Below, piece by piece: positions 1 to 21,887 of a DNA stretch of 64,000 nucleotides. Made by a program: the position numbers and the translations under genes. The notes beneath the pieces were generated by a model that was not told the origin of the DNA, ran no database searches, and worked only from the letters and a program-made list of their open reading frames with translations. Within the stretch, counting starts at the first letter, position 1, and every line of letters begins with the position of its first letter. The DNA lies in assembly GCA_033442325.1 (NCBI GenBank), contig JAWQFM010000019.1:1117621-1181620 (forward strand), written 5' to 3'. This DNA is from Salpingoeca rosetta. Lineage: Eukaryota > Protista > Choanoflagellata.

Positions 1-668
1 TACGTCTTTTTTAATTATCGATTGCTTCCCGCGCAGCTCAGCATTCTACGCATCCCCACGACGCAGTCTCGCTGCCGCCGGACCCTCCGCTTACTCCTTC
101 AATGTCGTGATTTTGCTATCATGTTCCTTTTTTCTTGTATTACGTCAGTCGGCTACTTCCTGCAATCACCATACACTCTCTCGCATGCGTCCTGCTCGTC
201 GAGACTGTATTACACTTCACTCCCTTACTCTGTTCTGTGGGGTCGCGTCCTCGCCTGACGAGTATTCATTCTAATCACAGCTTTGCTTAACTACGAGTTT
301 GAATATATAATAATTTCATACGGCTTATTTTTTCATTCCTGCTTCTTTAGTTTCCCTGCTTCTAAGTTGTCGTTACTCACCCATCGACTATACTGTGGTT
401 TTTTGTTTCTTCGCGTTGCCTTCATAGGGGCCCAGAAAAACCAAGAAAGTCTGTCTAAGGTTGACTTCACAGCGACCAGGTCTGTTACTCCTCTGGTGGC
501 GCTCACCCCCACTCACACTCCCACACAAACACACCCACAGGCACGCACGCGCACGCACGCACACGCACACACGCATACACACACACACGCACACGCACAC
601 ACACGCACGCACGCACGCACACGCACGCACGCACGCACGCGCACACACACACGCATACATATATGCAG

Positions 669-784
669 GACAATGATCGCGTGTTTGGAGGAGAGGATGG
701 TGGTGATGTTCTCGCACGTGTTCTCCAAGCATTCACGGACCGCAACAACGAGGATGCTGATGATGATGATGCTGATGATGATGC

Positions 785-862
<78 letters not shown>

Positions 863-905
863 CGACGACGGTAGTGCCGGTGTTAGCATGCATGCCAATG
901 CATAG
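669..905 (+). CDS. Probable terminal exon of an upstream gene, with an acidic poly-Asp tail
   Basis: tgcag acceptor at 664-668 after a (CA/CG) repeat tract. Open frame DNDRVFGGEDGGDVLARVLQAFTDRNNED(D)n...MHANA* with non-repetitive coding-like sequence before the (GAT)n run. Upstream exons were not identified. Confidence 0.4.
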
Positions 906-971
906 GCAGGCGCCACAGCCTCTGGAGCGCTGCACAGTGCACGCTGAAACGTGGGGCGCTGGCCGCTCCCG

Positions 972-1073
<102 letters not shown>

Positions 1074-1749
1074 GCTCTCCATCACTCCCAAGTTAAAGTT
1101 CGTATGATGTGCTGGCATGTTCAATACACACTTGGAAGAAGCGCGGATGAAACCACGAAACACACACACGCACAGGAAGCAGGCAAGAGAAAATGACAAT
1201 CCTAACTGAAGATGAAGCAAGAAGGGAAACAAGAATGTGTGAAGGGCAAGGCATGGCGAGTCTCAACCAAAACAGGGAACACAACACGACACAATACAAC
1301 GCAGGCGAGGCAAGGCAGTGTACCACTTGCAGCCAAGCAGCAGCCACTGCAAGTGGCGGCGCTCATTGGCTTCGTTGGCAGGGTGGGATAACGCAAGAGC
1401 AGAACACAGGGCACAAGACACCCCGGCAACGCAAGAAGCAAGGAAAGTGGTTGTGGGGAGGAGAAGAGTTGAACGCAAATGGGAGAGGGTGTAAAGGGTA
1501 GTGGTGGTGGTGGTGGTGGTGGGGAGGGGGACGATTAAAGCTGACATGATGTGCTGGATATAACGGCGAGAGTCGTGGAAGAAGCATCACCTGCGGCTCC
1601 AAAAGTCCTCGACTTCGCTCCAGCGCTGATGTGGTGGACAGCACCAACACGAGATGAACGTTGGGGCACGGACACACGTGAGATGATGGTGTGTTTCATG
1701 CGTGTGTGTGTGTGTGTGTGTGCAGTTGGGTCATGATCAAGCAACGGCC

Positions 1750-1947
1750 TCACTGTCGGCTTTGGCGCGCGGACATGAGCATCACGAAAACAAGACAGAA
1801 GCAAAGGGGGGGGGGAACAAATGCTCACCTGCTTGAGGAGCGGGAGGGAGTAGAGGTCAAAGATGTGTTTGCAGTCGGGAGTCGGGTGGTCCGCATGTGC
1901 GCAGTCGGACTCGTGCATCTGCAGCCGCCCGCTCTCGTCAAGGGCCT

Positions 1948-1985
<38 letters not shown>

Positions 1986-3866
1986 GAAAGTGCGATGATG
2001 CAAACATGAGCACCAGGAAAGGAAGGATCGTGTTAGGTCGACACAAACCATTGCACCCACATCTACACCCACACACACAGTGACTGCACCTTGACGCCGA
2101 TGTAGTCGAGTTTGTAGAAGAGAGAGTCGCGCAGGGGAACAACAACGCCGTTCTTGCCGGGACCGGAAAAGGCGCGAAAGTGCTGAAACCAGCCAGACTG
2201 CCTTGGGTTGACAACAAAATCCTCCTTGGAGTAGATGAGCATCATCGTCTTGAGAGACGTGATGTGCTCCTTGTATGTCGCGTTCTTGTGCAGCCGCTCG
2301 TTGTTGAGGTCGGCAAGGAACGTGCTCTTCTCCATGTACGCCTTGATGTTGAACGGGTCGCGCCAGTACTGCGCCAGCGACAGGCTGTTCTGCACCATGT
2401 CCGAGTACGGCGCGTTGTTGAAGAGAACCACCAGCCATGGCGGCGCGAATGCCTCCACCCCGCCAAACTGGCCGCCCTGCGGTGACACCCAGCTCAGGAA
2501 GTTGATGACGGGGTACTTGTTGCATCGCTGCACATACCCTCGCGCAATCAACCCGCCCTGTCGTGCGGTTGCATTTGCATTTGTTTGGGAGCGGGAGGTG
2601 TGCGTGTTTGGAGTTGATGTGAGTAAAATAAGAACAAGATGTGTGTATGTGTGTGTGTGTGCGTGCGTGTGTGTTTGCTTGCTTGCTTGCGTTGCTGTCT
2701 GTCTGTCTGTCTGTCTGTCCGTCCATCCGTCTCTCTCTCTCGCACACACACACTCTTACTCTCTCTCTCTCTCTCGCACACACGCACGCACGCACGCACA
2801 CACACACACACACACTCTCTCTCTCTCTCTGTGTGTGTGCGCTTGGCAGGGTGGCGGTTGATCGTAGGGCTTGTGCTCGTGTGAACTGCGAGTGTACCTG
2901 GGAGAAGCCAATCAGGTTGAAGCCACGCGCAAGCTTTGGATCTGCGTACACTTGTTCGCAAAAGTTGTCAACCTGCACATGCACACGTATGACAGTGTCA
3001 GAAGGAAGGTTGCTTCGGATGAAAGAAAGTTCAGGCACACCGATTCCGTGTTCAGCAACCGGGTACAGCAACAGTGTGCACAAACAGCAACAGTGTGCAG
3101 TAACGGCCATCAGCTTGGAGCAACCGCTGAATACCAGCGACGCTCAACCAACACGCAGCCACACACAAGGTTCGTTGCGGTCACGTTTGCTGTTATTCAA
3201 CCCCAAAGACACTTGTCCACAAACAAACAAACAAACAAACAAACAAACACGTACTTGGTCGTTCATGTGCATGAACACGCTGTCGAGCGGGCCGTTTCCG
3301 ATTTCCATGTTCTTGATGTACGCGCACGGGATGGCCTCGTGGATCCAGTCCACGACGGCCGTGATCTTCTCGGCAGCACCAAGGATACCGTGCATCAGCA
3401 CTGTCACAAAGCACACATCACATTGTCACACGTTCCAAGTAACAAAAACAAAAAGCACGGCAAGGTTCGTGCAAAACACAAACAGCGTCAGCGTCACGTC
3501 AGCATTAGAATCACCACACCAGCACGACACGGTTACAAAACACAACATACACGGCTTCACACAAACACATAAGTACGGTTTTACACGTGCATGTGCACGA
3601 ACCAGCACACCAACGCAGACACAAACCGAAACACAAACAACCCCAACCAACAAACACAACAAACAACCATGGCAGGGCGCCCCTTCCACTCACAAACAAC
3701 ACACATCACACCCACCAGACACACAACAACAAAATATAAGCAAGACCTCGCATCGCATCGCGTACTCACCGACAGGGGGATACTCGCACTCTTGTGCCTG
3801 AGCAGTTGGCGCGGAGGTGAACACGGCCAGCACGGCCGCCATCGCCAGCGCAACCAAGAGCTTCAT
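1750..3866 (-). CDS. PPT1: Palmitoyl-protein thioesterase (PPT1/PPT2 family, lysosomal alpha/beta hydrolase), multi-exon
   Basis: Signal peptide MKLLVALAMAAVLAVFTSAPTAQA (ATG 3866). Exons encode VLMHGILG, EIGNG..DS.FM.MNDQV, LARGFNLIGFSQ|GGLIARGYVQRC (nucleophile GxSxG), QGGQFG, AQYWRDP, FLADLNNE, EDFVVNP.QSGWF (Asp), DYIGVK|ALDESGRL..CAH (His). The 3' end (spliced TGA at 1750-1752) is less certain. Confidence 0.92.
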
Positions 3867-4640
3867 AATCGTCGTTGGGTGTTTGTTGCTTCGTGTGTGT
3901 GTCTGTAGCAAGCGGCGATAGCGCTGTGGAAAATTGACGAAAGACATGTTAGGTGTGATGCTCATTTAACAACACTCGAATTTTGATTAAAAACTTGACT
4001 TGATTTTCTATCCTACAGCAACGCCACCGTCCTTGAAGCCTTGACGGTGTCCTCCCAACCTGTACACTCACCCTTTTCCCACCACCACCCCTGCAAAACG
4101 CCTTGCTCCTGCTTGAAGACGAAGAAGGGGGAAAACACGAACATGTTGTTGGTTTCGACAGTGAGAAGATCCGCCCTCTTCTTGCCTTGCCTTGCTTTGT
4201 TGTGAGGGAGAGTGCGAACCACACCATCTGCTCTTGTTCTCTTCTCTTGAGTTGGCTTGTTGTGTGTGTGTGCCTTTTGCCATTTCCACTCACACACCTG
4301 GCTCAAGAGAGAAGGCAGAACACACGGCAACACACAGCGGGAGGACACTTACTGACTTTCGCCTTCGCTTCGCTTGCTCGATAAACTGATCCCCTAATCA
4401 ACTGAGCAACTACGTCTCGAAGCAGCAAGCAAGAAGGAAAGCAGCACAGACAAAAGGTGTGCGTTTTGGTTTGATTCGGTCCAGTCCGCAGTGTGCTGTG
4501 AAAGGTGTGCAGTTGAGCAGTTGAAGGTGTGCAAACTCAGCAAGATCCCTCCCTGCATGCATGCCTTGTTCCAGTGCCAGTGTCATGCTCAGACTCTCAG
4601 TTCATGTTGTTATTGATCTGATGGTGTTTTGGTTGGCAGG

Positions 4641-6195
4641 ATGGGCTCGCAGGGTCGGGGTGCGCTTGCTGTGGCGCTGCTTGCCGCAGCAGCGCTGTGT
4701 GCACCCATCGCAGATGCATATCCATACTATTACTCGGGCTGCCAAATCTCTGTTGGCGAGGTGAGCAATGTCGTGCAGCACCTTGATCGTGGATGTCACG
4801 ACCCACAATCACACGCACACATGCACATGTTGTACCCCTTGTCTCTCCCAATCACGTGCATGCGCACACACACACACATGCACACACATACGCACTCTCT
4901 GTACATAGACCGCCATGTCCCACACCGTCACTGCTGTCTCGGATGGCGACAGTGATTGCGACATTGAAGGCTTTCCCACAGAATATTTTGAAGGTGAGTG
5001 AGCCGCAATTGCTGCATGCTTTTCCACCCGAACCTTAGTAGCTATGTGCTTTCTTGCACCGTGACACGTGATTGTGGTTCATTTGGTCGCTGCATCACAG
5101 TCTTCGTGGACTAATGATATGTCACGATTCTTGCGTATGCGTCTCACCCACTCCCACGTGCCTGGATGTGTGATGCAGGGGAGACATACACGATCAATTT
5201 GAATGGTAGAAGCGGGCTGATGTTTCTCGTGAGCGTGGATTCGGGCACGCTGGCCAAGAAGGACTCCAACAGCTTCACCTCCAAGTCAGGGTGCAGCAGC
5301 ACGGCTGGGTACGGCAATCTCGACACGCAGGTGGAGTGGACGGCCGGGAGCGCCTCCTCGGCGTCCATCACGCTCACGTGTGGCTCAAACTCCTTTGGCC
5401 TCCTGCAAGCGACTGAAAGCGGCAGCAAGGGCGAAGGTGTGTGTGTGTGTGTGCATGTGTGTGCATATGTGTGCGTATGCGTGTGCGCATGTGCGTGTGT
5501 ATGTGTGTGTGTGTGTGTTGAGCTGTGTGTGCTCGAATGTTCCACAGCTCTTGAGCAAGGCCCACATTTCCCCTTCTCACATGCACACACACACACACAC
5601 AAACACACAAACACACACACACACACACAAACACACAAACACACACACACTCACACGCACACTCGCGTTCACTGTCGTGCGCATCGTTCACATTCAGTGG
5701 TCACGTGCGATTCCCCACCGAGCGTGGACAATGGCACGCCGTGTTCCTCTGCAACCCACATCCAGCCCGACTGCGACGTGCAGTGCTCTTCCGGCTACGA
5801 GCTCACCGCCAACACCATCCAGTGCCAGCCCGATGGCAACTTCACGGGCTCTGCAACGTGTTCCGGTACGCTGAAATTGAGTCGTCGTGCGCAACAACGC
5901 AAAATGCAGTTGCGTGCTTCTGGGTAGCCTTGCCAGATGTCGCCCCTGCTTCGATGTAGACACTTGTGCCAACTCACCTCACTGCCAACTCACCTCCTTC
6001 ACATCTTCTCTGTGTTCTTTGCATCATTCACGCGTATGGTGCTGTGCCGTGTTGGATTGTTCGTGCTGCCTGACAGACATTGACGCGTGCGAATCGCACG
6101 ACGTGTGCGACCCCAACAGCAACGGCTGCATGGACATTGCTGGCGGCCCAGACAGCGAGGATGGCATCACATGTGGCGGCTGCACGACAGGTCGG

Positions 6196-6282
<87 letters not shown>

Positions 6283-8345
6283 TGTGTGTTTGTATGTGTT
6301 CAAGTGTGTGTGTGTGCGTTGGTGCACGCGCGCACGTGCGTGTCTGCGTGTGTGTCTTCCTGTGTATGTGTGTGTGCGTGTGCGTGTGCGTGCAAATGTA
6401 TTGGTGCACGTGCGCACGTGTGTCGGTGCGTATCTACCTGTATTTGTGTGTGTGTGTGTGTGTCTACCTGTGTGTGTAGGTGTGTCTGCCCAACGGGTCA
6501 TGTGCCAAAAGTCCTACGCTGCTTCATCTGTTATGCTCACACGTGTGCTGTTTGTTGCACATGTGTGTCACCTTGCTGCCCTCGCTCGTGACCTTTGCAG
6601 GATACACTGGTGACGGCTTCACATGCGAGGACATTGATGGATGCAATCCAGTCCCGTGCGACGCCGATGCCACATGTGCGGACGTTGCAGCACCGGGCAC
6701 GGGTGCCACATGCACGTGTAACGAAGGATTCTTTGGCGATGGGTCCACATGCACAGCGTGCACCGTGTGTCCTGAGAACACATATGCGGTGGGCGAGTGT
6801 CACACGACAGCCGGGGACTACGACTCGTGCGACGCGTGCCCTGGCAACTCGACTAGTCCTGCGGACTCAAAGTCCATCGACGACTGCACGTGCAACGAAG
6901 GGTTCACCAAGATGACCTCGGGTAACTCCTTCGTCTGCGAACGTAAGTCCTGGGTTGGCCGTGAGGCACGTGCGCGTGTGAGTGTGCATATGTTGTGTAT
7001 GTGAGTGTGCATGTTGTGCGTGTGAGTGTGCATGTTGTGCGTGTGAGTGTGCATATGTTGTGTGTGTGCATATGTTGTGTGTGTGTGTGTGTGTGTGTGT
7101 GAAAGCGAGTGAATGGTTGTGAAAGTGGCTGTATGCGTGCGTGCAGCGTGACGCTATGCTGCCCTGCAAGCTTTTCCTCATCAACCTACACATCCGCATC
7201 TACACACGCACACACGCACACTCACCAACGCTCACTAACATGTACCCGCCACCCAACCCACCCTCACAGCAATCGTGTGTCCCGAGGGCGAGTTTTTGGA
7301 CGGCGACACGTGCAGCGCGTGCACCCCAACCACTTGCCCTGCTGGGGAGGAGCTTCAAGGCCAATGTGGCGGCAGCACCAACACGCTGTCGTGCCAGCCA
7401 TGCACGGGCGGCACTGCCAAGGACGCCGCAGGCGCCGGCATGTGCACCACGTGTCCATGGGGAACGGAGCCCAACAGCGACCACACCGACTGCGTTGCCT
7501 GCCCTGCTGGACATGCTGGCATTGGCGGCAGCTGCACGCTCTGTGGCAACGGCACGCAGCCCAGCACCAACGGCTCAGTTTGTGTGGCGTGCCAGCCTGG
7601 CTGGGCCGGCACCCTGGGCCTGTGCTCTGCCTGTGGCCAAGACAAAGTCGCATCGTCAGACAAGACGGCGTGCGTGACGTGCGGCGCGAACGCGGTGCCC
7701 AACACCATGCACGCCGCGTGTGTTTGCGACACCACGAGCGTGGTCACGTCGCCCTGGCCGCTCACGTGCACGCCCTGTGGCGACGGCACCCGACCAAACT
7801 GGAATCAGACCGCGTGCGTGCCGTGTCAGCCCGGGTGGGCCGGCACCAACGGATGGTGCAGCGCGTGCTCCAGCAATCTCGTACCCAACATGGCACGCAC
7901 GGCATGCGTTGCGTGCCCCGCCCCTTTTCGCGCGTCGGCGGATGGGGTTCGTTGCATGCCGCCACGTTGCGGTGAGAGCGATGGCACCGATGCACGACAG
8001 TGCTCGCCTTGCCCCGGGTGCCACTGCCCTCGAACTCACGTGCCCGTTGTGGACACGATTGGCGCCATCGAATACGTCTCCTGCGACCTCTGTCCCCCGG
8101 AGCTTGTGCCTGTTGCCGGCACATGCAGGCCTTGCCCCCAAAACCGCGTCTCCTTCAATGGTGTGTGACCGCGTGGGTGTGCGTATGAGTGTTTGCGTGA
8201 GTGTTTGCGTGAGTGAGTGTGTGTGTGTGTGTGCGAGAGCGTTGAGGCATTGCTGTTTCAACGAGTGCCGTGAGCACAAGCGTTATCGTTGTGACTCTTG
8301 CCTTGCGTTTCTCACGCTCACAGCATCCACACAACGCGACGCACG

Positions 8346-8416
<71 letters not shown>

Positions 8417-9355
8417 TATGCACCTCCTCTGACTGTGTGCAGGCCGTTGCCTGGCGTGTGCATCCGGGTATGGCGTGTACAACGCCACCACGTGTCTTCC
8501 CTGCAAGGGCGTGAACATTTCCATGGACGGCGTGTGTGTTGGCTGCCCAGCGGGACAGGTGCCCGACGAGACGCGAACTCGCTGCCAGAATGGTATGTTT
8601 GTTTAAGCGCGTGTGCTTGTGTGTGTATGCATGTGTAGGCGTGTGTGTGTGCTTGTGTGTGTGTATGCATGTGTAGGCGTGTGCTTGTGTGATGCGCTTG
8701 TCTCTTTTGCTTGCCTTGTGCATGTGTTCTGAAGACATTCGCGCCCACATTCACCATCACCACCTCAATCGTCACTGTTATCACCCCGACCGCCGCAACA
8801 ACAGTGACGCAGCAGAACATCTACTTTGCCCTGGACTATGCGCAGTTTGAACAAGATGCACAGGCGCGTTGGGAGTTTATTGGCGCCGTGCTAGAGGCGC
8901 TGCAGGCGCATGGCATCGACACAAGCGCTATTGTGCAGGTGCTACTGCGGCCAGGGAGCACCGTGGTGGAGCTGGTGGGCGCGGGATGGGCCCTTCAAGC
9001 AGCAAAGGTTGGTGTGGGCAAGAGAGGAAAGGACTCGTGCGCTGGTGGTGCTGATGGTGCTGTTGTTGTTGCTGTTGTTGTAGCTGCTACTGCTGCTGCT
9101 TACTTTACCGTATTTGCTGCCATCGCTGTCCTCCATCATCAACTGTGGCTCTCACACGAACTCACACACACAACAGGATGCTGCTGCTGCGGGTACGGTG
9201 GTGGTTGTACACAATGGCGCGAATGCGACCGCTGGTGACACGTTGACCGCTGATGGGACTGTGGTCTCGAGCTCTGTGGAGGGAAGCACAGACAGCAGCG
9301 GCAGCAGCGGTGGTGGTGCGTCAACAACAGAGGACCTCTCCGCTGGCACCGTCGC

Positions 9356-9437
<82 letters not shown>

Positions 9438-9744
9438 CGGTGTGAGGGCCATTGTGTGAGTGCATGGCGACCGTCCTTCATTGTTACATGTTTAGACACA
9501 CTGCCGTACTCACCGCGTGCGTCATCGTCACCAACACCACCCACACTGCGATGTAGGCGTGTTTGCCGGGGTGTTTGCGGGCGCGTTTGTTGTGTTCCTC
9601 ATCGCGGCGTGCCAGACCAAGTCGCGCCACGTGATGCACTCGAAGCGCAGCACCAGCAAGCTTGAGATTGACCTCACCACCGAAGATGGCGACGTGTCAA
9701 GCGCATCAAGCCCGTGGGACAACGTTCAAGTCTCCGACCTCTGA
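4641..9744 (+). CDS. Type I cell-surface protein: signal peptide, Reeler-like, Sushi/CCP, two Ca-binding EGF, TNFR/GCC2-GCC3-like and CxxC repeats, SEA-like domain, TM, short tail
   Basis: [26 protein letters not shown]. Spliced [44 protein letters not shown] (Reeler pattern). [38 protein letters not shown] (Sushi). [28 protein letters not shown] (EGF). [19 protein letters not shown]. Many C..C.PG repeats (7271-8161). [10 protein letters not shown]. Hydrophobic [21 protein letters not shown]. Ends VSDL*. Confidence 0.85.
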
Positions 9745-9767
9745 TTGATTGGGCTGTGCCTTCCTTC

Positions 9768-9835
<68 letters not shown>

Positions 9836-10149
9836 GAAGTTGTTGCAATGGTGTTTTGCGGTTGTGTGACTGCCGCCCTTCTTCCTTCCCCTCAGTGTCT
9901 CTCGGCCTTTTCTCTCTCGTTGTTCTCTTCGCACAGCCCGAGCATTGGCTTGTTGCCACCAATGTTGTGATCACTCTTTGGCTCTGTCACTGAAAACACT
10001 CCTTTCTCCATCATTTGATTGCGTATTGCACAAACAAACCCAACCAACCAACACAAAAGAAGCAAAGAAGACAAGCAAGCAAGCAAGAAGCAGGATACAC
10101 AAGACACAGACCCCCCCCCCACACACAGATACACACACAAGCGCACGAC

Positions 10150-10942
10150 ATGGAGGAAGGTGCTGAGCTCCTTGTTGCGGCGGAGGCCGGCAACTTGCAG
10201 GATGTCATCGATCTCATCAACGCAGACGCAGACCTGAGCTGCGCCACAGATGAGGTGGCACACACACACTGCAATTTGCGTGTGCACCGGTGTACTGAGC
10301 TGAGTGCTTGCTGTGGGCATGATGTGGCGTGGTGGGCTGATCTCATGTGTTTGTGTGTTGGTGCTGATGGGTTGGTGTCCACTCCAGGGCAACACAGCGC
10401 TGCACCTCGCCTGCAAGAAAGGCTTTGAGCTGATTGCCCACTTGCTCGTGGACAAGGGCGCCAACGTGAACACCCAGAACAAACAGGTGCGACCATGTAC
10501 GTGTGTGTGTGTGAGTGTGTGAGTGTGTCTCTGTGTGTGTGTGTGTGTGTGTGTGTGTCTGTGTGTCTGTGTGTGTGTGTGTGTCTGTGTCTGTGTCTGT
10601 GCGTGTGTGTTGTATGTGAGCGTGGACGTCCAGGTGCAGACCTCGCTTGCTGTTGTGGAGACGCCACTTCCCTGCTCATCTCCCTCCTCGGATCACGGTG
10701 TGATTGGGCAGGGCGAAACGCCGCTGCATCTGGCAACGGTACAAGGCAACCAGCAGCTGGCGCGATTCCTCATCCACCGAAGTGCCAATACGCAGTGCAC
10801 AGACACGGACGTGAGTGCCAATGCAGCATCGCACGTGCTTCGCACACACGCACACGCACTCATGTATGCATACGAGTGATCGTGTCAACACAGGCACACA
10901 AACTCGCACACACACACACACTCACATACACTCACACATACA

Positions 10943-10993
<51 letters not shown>

Positions 10994-11737
10994 ACACACT
11001 CACTCACTCACTGGCTCATGCTTCCAGGGCAACACGCCGTTGCATCTCGCCTGCAAGCACAACGAAGAGCTGCTGGTTCGCTCTTTGCTCGAACACAGAG
11101 CACTCGTCAACGCTCAGAACAAGAAGGTGGTGTGCATGCGTTTGCGTGGTGTCTGTAATCTCCAGTAGCCAGTCGCACATCCATGCCTCGATACCACTCT
11201 GAGGCACTATCGCGTGATATCCATCCCTTTCTCCCCTCCCCCCTCACCTCAACATGTATCCAACCACCGCCACTGCCTCCCCCCCCCCATCGCCCAGGAG
11301 CGCACCCCACTGCACTGCGCGGCGGCGGAGGGCCACGAGCTTGTGGTGAAGCTGCTGGTTGAGCACGGCGCAACCCTCGCCGTCAACGACGACCGCGTAC
11401 GTGCCATCGTGTGCCGTGTGCCGTGTGTGTGTATGCGTGTGTCTGTGCATCTTTGCATGTGTTGTGGGCTGAATGCTTGCGAGTTTCTGACACACACGCA
11501 TACACGTGTGCCTGCAGGGGCGAACGGCATATGACATGGTGGAGGAGGAAGGCTTGCCCAGCCTCGTTGCTCTCGTCAAAGAGTGGGCCGCAAAGGTGCG
11601 CGGCGGCGGCGTCATTGGTGTCTGTATGATTGTTTGAGAGTGTGTGTATATGTATGTGTGTGCGTGTGTGGTGAACTCGTGTCACATTGTTCACATTGGT
11701 CACATTGGTTACATTACTCACGCCTCCCTTTATCCCC

Positions 11738-11782
<45 letters not shown>

Positions 11783-11995
11783 CCGCGGCAGGAGGGGAGT
11801 GCACATCTGTACATGACGGTGGAGGAAGCGCGGCAGCGAATCACAGCGCTGGAGGCGGAGAACAGGGCACTGCACGACGAGACAAAAGCGTTGAGGGAAG
11901 ACAAGAAGGCGCTGGAGACAACGCTGCAGTCCATCATGGCATCTGTCAAGACGCTTCAGGCCAGCATGGCCCACTTGCAGCTCCTCAACCAGTGA
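10150..11995 (+). CDS. Ankyrin-repeat protein with C-terminal coiled coil (7 exons, ~263 aa)
   Basis: Exons 10150-10254, 10388-10486, 10712-10810, 11028-11126, 11298-11396, 11518-11595 and 11783-11995 join in frame. Motifs GNTALHLA, GETPLHLA, GNTPLHLA, ERTPLHCA, GRTAYD, then heptad ARQRITALEAENRALHDETKAL. Confidence 0.92.
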
Positions 11996-12237
11996 CGTGT
12001 TGTCTGAATGAGGTGGCGCACACCATGCCCACCTTGCGGAGCACGATGCGCTGTTGCGGTGCATGTTGCGTGGTGTGAGTAAAGCTGCGTTGTTGTGGAT
12101 GGTGTTGTGTGGGTTGCGTTTGCGTTTGCGTGAATGAAATGGAAGTGGCGAGAAGGCGAGAAGGCGAGAAGAAATAGCAGCCCGACTGAGGGAGAAGAAG
12201 AAGGCTCGCGGCAGTCGTTGAAGGAGGAGCAGTTGAT

Positions 12238-12289
<52 letters not shown>

Positions 12290-12472
12290 CATTCGCAGTC
12301 ATGCACGCCACTAGTCATGGATTTTTTTATCTTCTTAAACACATGCACAGACCAATATCAGTCGAAACAGTTTGGAGTCTAATATGTTTGTGCGTGGGGT
12401 GGAGTGAATGGAGGAGAATCCATAAGGAAGTGGTTCAGTCTCAGGATGTGTATTACGCATGACCTGAGAGGA

Positions 12473-12572
12473 NNNNNNNNNNNNNNNNNNNNNNNNNNNN
12501 NNNNNNNNNNNNNNNNNNNNNNNNNNNNNNNNNNNNNNNNNNNNNNNNNNNNNNNNNNNNNNNNNNNNNNNN
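12473..12572. other. Scaffold gap (100 N); others at 20753-20852, 23428-23527 and 55090-55189
   Basis: Runs of N, each next to or close to a (CA)/(TG) tract. Confidence 0.99.
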
Positions 12573-12783
12573 ACACACAACGTGTTGAAACAAGTTTGGC
12601 GGGAATTTTTTGAGCGGCGCGCGAAGACGTTTGAACCGCCGCCAACCCCCAATACAGCACACATCTCAACATCTCAACGACGACATACCACCGCAGCACC
12701 TTGTGTCCTCTCTCTCTCTCTCTCTCTCTCTCGACGACGACGATCGTGACAGACAACAAGAAGCAGCAGTGGTTGAGTGGGGT

Positions 12784-21239
<8,456 letters not shown>

Positions 21240-21839
21240 AAGTGGCGGTGATGTGTGCTGCCGTACATGTGGCTGATGACACTTGGTGTTGGGGGTGTAT
21301 CATACGACAGTGTTAGGCGTTCTGTTGTTACAACTTCATATCATTTGGTTTGCCCGTGGTGACATGTGTTGTTGACACAGCAGATGTTGTTTCGTGGATT
21401 GATGAATTGACTACAATAAACGACCTTGCTCCAGCTGTGCACGGTGCTGTTGTTCGTATTCGCTTCAAACAAAGTTGGGAGGGGGGAGAGCACAGCAAGT
21501 GAAACTCGGACAAATTATGGAATCAAAGGGGGGATATTGCACACAAACAAGGCACAAGGTACCACACAGAGACACAAGAACGCACACACAATGGATGAGC
21601 AAGCAAGCGGAGACAAGGGCCATTCAAACAAAGTCTCTCTCTCTCTCTCTGCGCATGAATCAATTAAACACAGCAAGCAAGCAAGCAAGCAAGGAAAAAA
21701 ACAGTCTAAACCCCAACAGGATGATCGACAGGAAAAGAAACAGACACGAGAACACCTCCACGCACTTCATTCCCTCCATCATCACCACCACTGCTGCGAC
21801 GCACAAAATCCCACCACCACCGCCATTCACCATCATCAC

Positions 21840-21886
<47 letters not shown>

Positions 21887-21887
21887 C

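Noticed and set aside
1-480. AT-richer, compositionally odd segment suggesting foreign DNA
   Set aside because: No credible ORF, and it abuts a repeat tract. It resembles the low-quality read tails seen beside the gaps.
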